IMG/VR virus record: IMGVR_UViG_3300011443_000215
Span: 1 to 32,485 of that record
Length of the DNA stretch: 32,485 bases
Strand: one strand, 5' to 3'
Source: a virus
Lineage: Duplodnaviria > Caudoviricetes
Of this stretch, positions 27,169 to 32,485 are shown piece by piece. Positions within the stretch are counted from its first letter, which is position 1; each line of letters starts with the position of its first letter. Below the pieces are notes generated by a model. The model saw only the letters and a program-made list of their open reading frames with translations, had not been told where the DNA came from and did no database searches. Made by a program: the position numbers and the translations under genes.

Positions 27169-28062
27169 ATGAACTTCGGAGAATTATTAACGGCAAGTCA
27201 AATGGATGGGGGTATTGACGACCCAAAAAAGAAAAAAGTACCTACAAAGGCAGAGGAAATGAAAGTACTCTACAAAAAACCATTTAAGTATGACAACAAG
27301 CCAGCGCATGAACTTACAAGAACCGTAGCTGAAAAGATGGGGGTTGACCCGTCTATGCTTTTCTCATCAGCTTTCCAGGAGGGGCTTAATCAATACCTTT
27401 CCAATCCAGATGCAGTAGAAAAGACAATGCAAAAAGAAGGTTGGTATAATAAAGATTATCCTGTAAGTGGTTATGAAACTTATGGGTTGGATACATTTGG
27501 GAGTAGGTTTGATGAGTTTGTGCAGAAGGGGTATCTACCACCAGAGTTTAAAGACCAATTCAATATCGTTCATGCAACGAATGACCACATGAAAGGAGTT
27601 GTTGACCCAATAACAAAGAAGGCTGTCATAGACCCAAAAACAGGGAAGCAAAAAATGATTGACGACCCGCAGCCAATTGTAACGGCAGATTTTAAAACCA
27701 ATGAAGCTGCATTGATGGCGAAGGCTGCATTTATAAAAGCGGAGCAAGAATCGGTAAAAAATTATGCAAAACAAAAAGGGGTAGAACTAAGCCCAGACGA
27801 GATTAACTATTTTACTCTTGCATCCTATAATTCTGGATTTAGACCGAAAGGTGCGCAAGGAATGATGGACGAATATCTTACAACTAAAGACAAACAGGGG
27901 TATCTTAAAAAAGGTTCAGCTAATCGTGGTTGGCAGAACATACATCAAAATGTAGCACCAAGACTTGAAACAATGAAAGTCGTTAATCAGTTGTATGCAC
28001 AAAACCCATTAGGAGTTCCAGCCCCGCCACCAACACCAATTCAACAACCAATTATACAGTAA
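27169..28062 (+). CDS. Lysozyme-fold/lytic transglycosylase-like protein
   Basis: AEKMGVDPSMLFSSAFQEG (SLT motif I with catalytic Glu), YGLD, and LASYNSG (cf. AAYNAG). Confidence 0.65.
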   Translation: MNFGELLTASQMDGGIDDPKKKKVPTKAEEMKVLYKKPFKYDNKPAHELTRTVAEKMGVDPSMLFSSAFQEGLNQYLSNPDAVEKTMQKEGWYNKDYPVSGYETYGLDTFGSRFDEFVQKGYLPPEFKDQFNIVHATNDHMKGVVDPITKKAVIDPKTGKQKMIDDPQPIVTADFKTNEAALMAKAAFIKAEQESVKNYAKQKGVELSPDEINYFTLASYNSGFRPKGAQGMMDEYLTTKDKQGYLKKGSANRGWQNIHQNVAPRLETMKVVNQLYAQNPLGVPAPPPTPIQQPIIQ

Positions 28063-28373
28063 TGGACTATAAAGAAAAATGTGAAGAATACGAAGCGATA
28101 TTAGGCATCGGCGGAAAGGATATAGCAAAGAGAGCATTCCTTTCATTGTGCAGAGTAGTTAATCAGCAGGTAGCAAGATTAGATAAATTCGTTTTAGATA
28201 AGGAGATAGGCGTAAATCCAAAAGACGACAAGATATATGATAGGACTATGGCTATTGCAGATGGTATGCCAAAGATGATTAAAGATATTAACGCCTTAAA
28301 ATTGGAACTAAAAATAACCAAGAAAGAAGAAGAAGAAACATTCATTGATGGTATTGCAGAAAAAAGAAATTAA
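28062..28373 (+). CDS. Putative terminase small subunit
   Basis: 103 aa helical protein ending FIDGIAEKRN. It is the last non-endonuclease gene before terL; the assignment is mainly positional. Confidence 0.4.
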   Translation: MDYKEKCEEYEAILGIGGKDIAKRAFLSLCRVVNQQVARLDKFVLDKEIGVNPKDDKIYDRTMAIADGMPKMIKDINALKLELKITKKEEEETFIDGIAEKRN

Positions 28374-28374
28374 T

Positions 28375-28995
28375 ATGTGGAACAGAATTGAGTACAATCG
28401 TGGTGAGCAGGTCGGGAATGTAATATTTCTATACGATGTTAAAGGTATGATTAAGGAGCGGCAGGCTATGTTTTCATGCATTTGCGGTAAAAACTTCGTA
28501 TCCTATATTAGTAAAATTAAGCGGTTTGAAACACAAAGTTGTGGGTGTTTACAAAAAAGGGTAACCAGCGAAACAAATTCAAGGCATAGATTAAAAGGCC
28601 ACAAGCTATACGGGGTATGGTCGGCTATGAAACGTAGGTGTAATAACAAGAATACTACCCAGTATAAGGACTACGGCGGGAAGGGAGTAGTAGTGTGTGA
28701 TGAATGGAAAGAGTTTATGCCATTCTTTAGATGGGCTATTGAGAACGGATGGGAGGAGGGGTTGCAGCTTGATAAGGACACTAAGGGCGGCGGCATGATT
28801 TATAGTCCAAGCACATGCTGTTTTGTTACCCCAAAGGCTAATTCAAATAAGAGAGCAACAAGTAGACATATAGAATATAATGGTGAAACTAAAACAGTAT
28901 CGGAGTGGGCTGACCATTTTCAAATATCTTTAAAAAATTTATACCAAAGATTATCAAGAGGTTGGGACTTTGAAAAATGCGTAAACAATGGGTGA
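28375..28995 (+). CDS. HNH-related homing endonuclease
   Basis: CICG...SCGC...LYGVWSAMKRRC.N....YKDYGGKGV.VC.EW..F..F..WA...LDKD....YSP..C, with a C-terminal HTH (YNGETKTVSEWA...RL.RGW). ATG at 28375. Confidence 0.8.
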   Translation: MWNRIEYNRGEQVGNVIFLYDVKGMIKERQAMFSCICGKNFVSYISKIKRFETQSCGCLQKRVTSETNSRHRLKGHKLYGVWSAMKRRCNNKNTTQYKDYGGKGVVVCDEWKEFMPFFRWAIENGWEEGLQLDKDTKGGGMIYSPSTCCFVTPKANSNKRATSRHIEYNGETKTVSEWADHFQISLKNLYQRLSRGWDFEKCVNNG

Positions 28996-31087
28996 TGTAC
29001 TAAATATATATGGGACTAAAATTACTTTGCCAGATGTCCCTTCTACCGGAATTGAGGATTGGGGGACATCTAACCCAAAAGAGCAATATTGGAGAAGAAA
29101 GGAAGTCCCAGATGGATTATTTGATGAAGTTAGTTTCGATGCAGAGGGCGGGGCAAAATTAAACCCAGAGCAAAAGGCGTATGCAAAGACTGAAGTAGAC
29201 CGTTGTAAAAAAGGGTTTTGGTTTTATGCTAACGGCAGGCCAACTTACATTACTGGGAGAAATTATTTCTATCTTCAATGGTGGCGGCTAGAAGATGACA
29301 TTCACCCAGATTACCGGGGAGCCGATAGGAGATACTTTTTGTTTTTAAATTATTGGCATAGTGTGTTATGGTGTTTAGGTGTTGGTCGTGGCAAGAAAAG
29401 ACGGGAGGGCGCAAGTTCTCAATCATGCTCCAATCTAATCTATGAGTGTATATTTTTTACCAATTCAAATTGCGGGCTTGTAAGTAAAACATTAATAGAT
29501 AGCAGAGATACATTCACAGATATGGTTGCTTTCGGGTACAACCAATTGCCCGTTTTCTTAAAGCCAAAGCAGTTAAATAAACCAGATAGCGTAAGTGAAT
29601 TAGTGTTTGATGTTAAGCCGGAGAAAGGTGTTGTAAAGAATACAAAGGGGCATCGCTCCAAAGTAAACTTTCGTGCGCCGGTTGAAAACGCCTATGATAG
29701 AGGTCGTATGAGTTGGGTGTTAGGTGATGAAGGGGGTAAGTGGCCTAATGAAGTAAAGTTCTCAAAGTTTATTTCTAAGGTATCAAAGACGATGGTGAAG
29801 GGTGCTAAGAGAGTTGGCTTTATGGAATGTCCAAGTACCGTAAATGAACTTACAAAAGGTGGCGGGATAGAGTATAAAAAGTTTTGGGAAGGGTCAGATC
29901 AATTCGCTCATTCAGGTAAAAAAACTCCATTAAGATTTGTAACGTATTTCACAGCAGCGTATGACAACTACGAAGGTTTCATTGACAAGTACGGCGAGAG
30001 TGTTATAGATGCTCCCGACCAAGAAACATACGATTATCTTGTTGCCAAGTGGGTAGTTAAAGACCCAATAACCGGAGAGACAGTAAGTGAAATAGATGAG
30101 AACGATATAAAGCTAGGGGCAAGAGCATACATATTCAAACGTAGGGAAGGGTTGGAAGGTGAGTTGTTGGAGGAAGAAATAAGGCAGAACCCAACGACAG
30201 TAAAAGAAATGTTTGAAGCAGCCAATTCGGGTTGCTTATTCAATTCATACAAACTAAACCAAAGGAAAGACTTACTTAAACTTCATGCTAAAGATTTATT
30301 AGAGAGGGGTAATTTCATTTGGAAAGGTGGGTTAAGAGATTCAGAAGTTGAGTGGTTTGCAGACCCAAATGGGAGATGGCAAGTGGTTAAGGAGTTCATG
30401 GATAAATTCAAAAAACCTTACCTAAAGTTTGTAAATGGGGTTGATAAAACATTCTGCGATGCCAATAATACAGAGAAAAGAGGCGGTTGGTATCTACCAA
30501 AGAACGATTATAGATTTGGTGGTGCTGTTGACCCCTATGACCACGATACAGTAGATGATAATAGACGCTCTCAAGCAGGTAGCATCATAAAACAAAAAAC
30601 CAATACCAATGACTTTGATGATAAATTCAATTGGTGTGATATATGCAAGTACATAGCACGACCATTGACAGCAGAGTTGATGTATGAGGATATGATTATG
30701 CAACATTTCTTTTTCGGGTGTAAGATGTTGCCGGAAACGCAAAAGCCGGGGATTATGAGGTATTTTAGGAATAGAGGCTACGCTTCATTTTTAATGATAT
30801 TGCCGGGATATGCAGAACCAGGTATACCATCAACTCCCGAAAACAAACAAATAGGATGCGAGTTCACAGAGTACGATGTAGAAACAAGAATAGATAAGTA
30901 CTACTTCATTGATGTTATTGATGATTTATTAAACTTAGATATTAAGAAAACACAGAAGTATGACTTAGGCATGGCAAAGCTATGGACAGAGGTAGCTTGC
31001 ATGAATAAAATGTATGAGAGAAAACCAAAAGATAACGTGGTGGATATAGAAACAATTTACAAGCATTATAAAATCAAATCCGCATAA
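28988..31087 (+). CDS. terL: Terminase large subunit
   Basis: YITGRNYFYLQW, Walker A-like KKRREGAS, Walker B VLGDEGGKW, coupling motif PST, nuclease-domain GAVDPY and KYD..MA. Confidence 0.9.
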   Translation: MGDVLNIYGTKITLPDVPSTGIEDWGTSNPKEQYWRRKEVPDGLFDEVSFDAEGGAKLNPEQKAYAKTEVDRCKKGFWFYANGRPTYITGRNYFYLQWWRLEDDIHPDYRGADRRYFLFLNYWHSVLWCLGVGRGKKRREGASSQSCSNLIYECIFFTNSNCGLVSKTLIDSRDTFTDMVAFGYNQLPVFLKPKQLNKPDSVSELVFDVKPEKGVVKNTKGHRSKVNFRAPVENAYDRGRMSWVLGDEGGKWPNEVKFSKFISKVSKTMVKGAKRVGFMECPSTVNELTKGGGIEYKKFWEGSDQFAHSGKKTPLRFVTYFTAAYDNYEGFIDKYGESVIDAPDQETYDYLVAKWVVKDPITGETVSEIDENDIKLGARAYIFKRREGLEGELLEEEIRQNPTTVKEMFEAANSGCLFNSYKLNQRKDLLKLHAKDLLERGNFIWKGGLRDSEVEWFADPNGRWQVVKEFMDKFKKPYLKFVNGVDKTFCDANNTEKRGGWYLPKNDYRFGGAVDPYDHDTVDDNRRSQAGSIIKQKTNTNDFDDKFNWCDICKYIARPLTAELMYEDMIMQHFFFGCKMLPETQKPGIMRYFRNRGYASFLMILPGYAEPGIPSTPENKQIGCEFTEYDVETRIDKYYFIDVIDDLLNLDIKKTQKYDLGMAKLWTEVACMNKMYERKPKDNVVDIETIYKHYKIKSA

Positions 31088-32485
31088 TGACAAACCAATA
31101 TCAAAACGTACCATTCCCAAAACACAACATCAATCCAGATGACAAGGATGATAAATGGTTACTACAATTTGCCAAAGCAGCATGGGGCGAATGCTATGGC
31201 TATAACATATTCTACCATGCAAGGGAGTATTATGCAGAACTAAGAGACTATGCTTATGGGAGGCAGACAATAGATAGGTACAAGCCAGCAATGGGGATTG
31301 ACCAAGCAGCAGATACAAGTATGTGGAATGTTACTTGGGGTGTTCGCCCGGTGCTTAGTAAGTACATGGATATTATCACCACCATAATGATGAACGTTGG
31401 TAGGAAAGCAATAGCCACACCAATAGACGCTCTTGCCAAAGACAGAGCCGACCAATACTTTGCAGAAGCAAGGGCTAAGATATTAATGAGAGATGCTTTG
31501 ATGCAGGTTAATCCAGAATTAGCGCAAAGCCCTTACTTGAAACCAGAACCAGGAGAGCCGGAGAACATGGAAGAACTTGAAATGCAGATGAACTACGGGT
31601 TCAAGTTTAATATGGCAATGGAAGCAGAGCAAGGAATTGAGTTGGTGCAGTATCAAAATAACCTCCCACAAAAAAGGTCACAAGTGGTTAAAGACTTAGT
31701 GCATCTTGGCGTTGGTGGTTACAAAGATTGGATTGACGAAAATGGGAAAGCAAAATTCAGAGATTGCGACCCATCAGCCGTTATTATGAGTTATTGCAGA
31801 AAGGCGGACTTTAGCGATAAGTTATATGTAGGTGAAGTTATCGAGCCAAGCCTTGCAGAACTTACACAGTATTTTGATGAAACTCAAATGGAGATAATCA
31901 AAAACAACATGAAGAACATTCAGGTATTGGATGACCACAATTACAGCACAAAGAGTGAAAAGCTAAAAGCAAATGTGTTGGATTTGGAAATTCTTACATG
32001 GAATGATTTGGTGTATAGCCGAATGAAGAATGAACATGGGAATGAAGAATACAAGAGGCGTTCACATGAAAATATATCCAACCCAAAAAGAAGTGAAGAA
32101 CTTTCAAACATCTACGATGAAGAAAACGGTTCGTATAAAAAGAAGTATTTCTCAAAGAAAGTAGAGTGTTGGTATAAAATAAAATGGGTAGTAGGCACTG
32201 ACCTATTCTATGATTGCGGTAAAGTTGACAAGCAAAAGAGGCCAAAGAATGCGTTGCAAACTTCCGAATCAAGCTATCACTTCCAAGCTGTGAATTTCAG
32301 AAACATGACAGCGCAAGGAATGGTGGAAAGAATGAAAGATATAGCCGACGAATACCAATTGACCATTTATAAGATACAAGACTTTAAAAACAAGTGGTTG
32401 CCATACATTATGGAAATAGACTTGGATGCACTTGAAGCGGTGGCCTATGGTAAAGGCGGAGTTGTATGGACACCGGAAAAGATAA
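31087..32485 (+). CDS. Portal protein, 3' end truncated by window edge
   Basis: Not in the ORF track. The ATG overlaps the terL stop (TAATG). Reads MTNQYQNVPFPKH...LRDYAYGRQTIDRYK...SMWNVTWGVRPVLSKYMDII...; the same frame ends EIDLDALEAVAYGKGGVVWTPEKI at the window edge. Motifs recall crAss-like portals. Confidence 0.8.
   Translation, partial: MTNQYQNVPFPKHNINPDDKDDKWLLQFAKAAWGECYGYNIFYHAREYYAELRDYAYGRQTIDRYKPAMGIDQAADTSMWNVTWGVRPVLSKYMDIITTIMMNVGRKAIATPIDALAKDRADQYFAEARAKILMRDALMQVNPELAQSPYLKPEPGEPENMEELEMQMNYGFKFNMAMEAEQGIELVQYQNNLPQKRSQVVKDLVHLGVGGYKDWIDENGKAKFRDCDPSAVIMSYCRKADFSDKLYVGEVIEPSLAELTQYFDETQMEIIKNNMKNIQVLDDHNYSTKSEKLKANVLDLEILTWNDLVYSRMKNEHGNEEYKRRSHENISNPKRSEELSNIYDEENGSYKKKYFSKKVECWYKIKWVVGTDLFYDCGKVDKQKRPKNALQTSESSYHFQAVNFRNMTAQGMVERMKDIADEYQLTIYKIQDFKNKWLPYIMEIDLDALEAVAYGKGGVVWTPEKI

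Noticed and set aside
951-30742. Many 60-116 aa antisense or alternate-frame ORFs inside long genes
   Set aside because: No recognisable motifs; their composition mirrors the sense-strand codons.
31130-32272. Four minus-strand ORFs and an apparently non-coding right end
   Set aside because: The region is the plus-strand portal gene, open to the window edge.
1-32485. Stop-codon reassignment as in some crAss-like phages
   Set aside because: Genes tile the window intact under the standard code; TGA and TAG both occur as real stops at gene junctions.
1-32485. CRISPR array, tRNA, rRNA, intron, integrase or DGR
   Set aside because: No repeat-spacer array, no intergenic gap longer than about 110 bp, no split genes and no reverse transcriptase or recombinase motifs were seen. 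Covariance searches were not run.

Overview
This window is a densely coding, AT-rich segment of a tailed dsDNA phage, most likely a podovirus with crAss-like/Flavobacteriia-phage-type virion genes. Bacteroidota-type promoters (TTTG-N19-TAnnTTTG) and A-rich, Shine-Dalgarno-free start regions point to a Bacteroidota host. It uses the standard genetic code. From left to right it contains: (1) a truncated HNH/NinG-like gene and a DUF4177-like gene, transcribed divergently from a ribbon-helix-helix regulator across a mirror-symmetric promoter/operator region; (2) two paralogous hypothetical genes; (3) a ~7.3 kb operon of about ten glycan-building and glycan-decorating enzymes (2 GT2-like, DUF5672, NodZ/fucosyltransferase-like, STELLO/DUF288, GT25-like, a pyruvyltransferase, 3 SAM methyltransferases); (4) ssb and two GroES-like genes around a second divergent promoter; (5) tail ring, fibre and muzzle genes with a NUMOD4-HNH endonuclease; (6) three putative ejection proteins, the largest (2190 aa) carrying repeat-bounded ADP-ribosyltransferase-like and ParB-like modules; (7) a lysozyme-fold protein, a putative TerS, a second homing endonuclease, TerL and a truncated portal. 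The best candidates for undescribed biology are the phage glycosylation/methylation/pyruvylation operon and the cassette-like effector modules in the giant protein. All family calls come from motifs recognised by eye; no database search was run.
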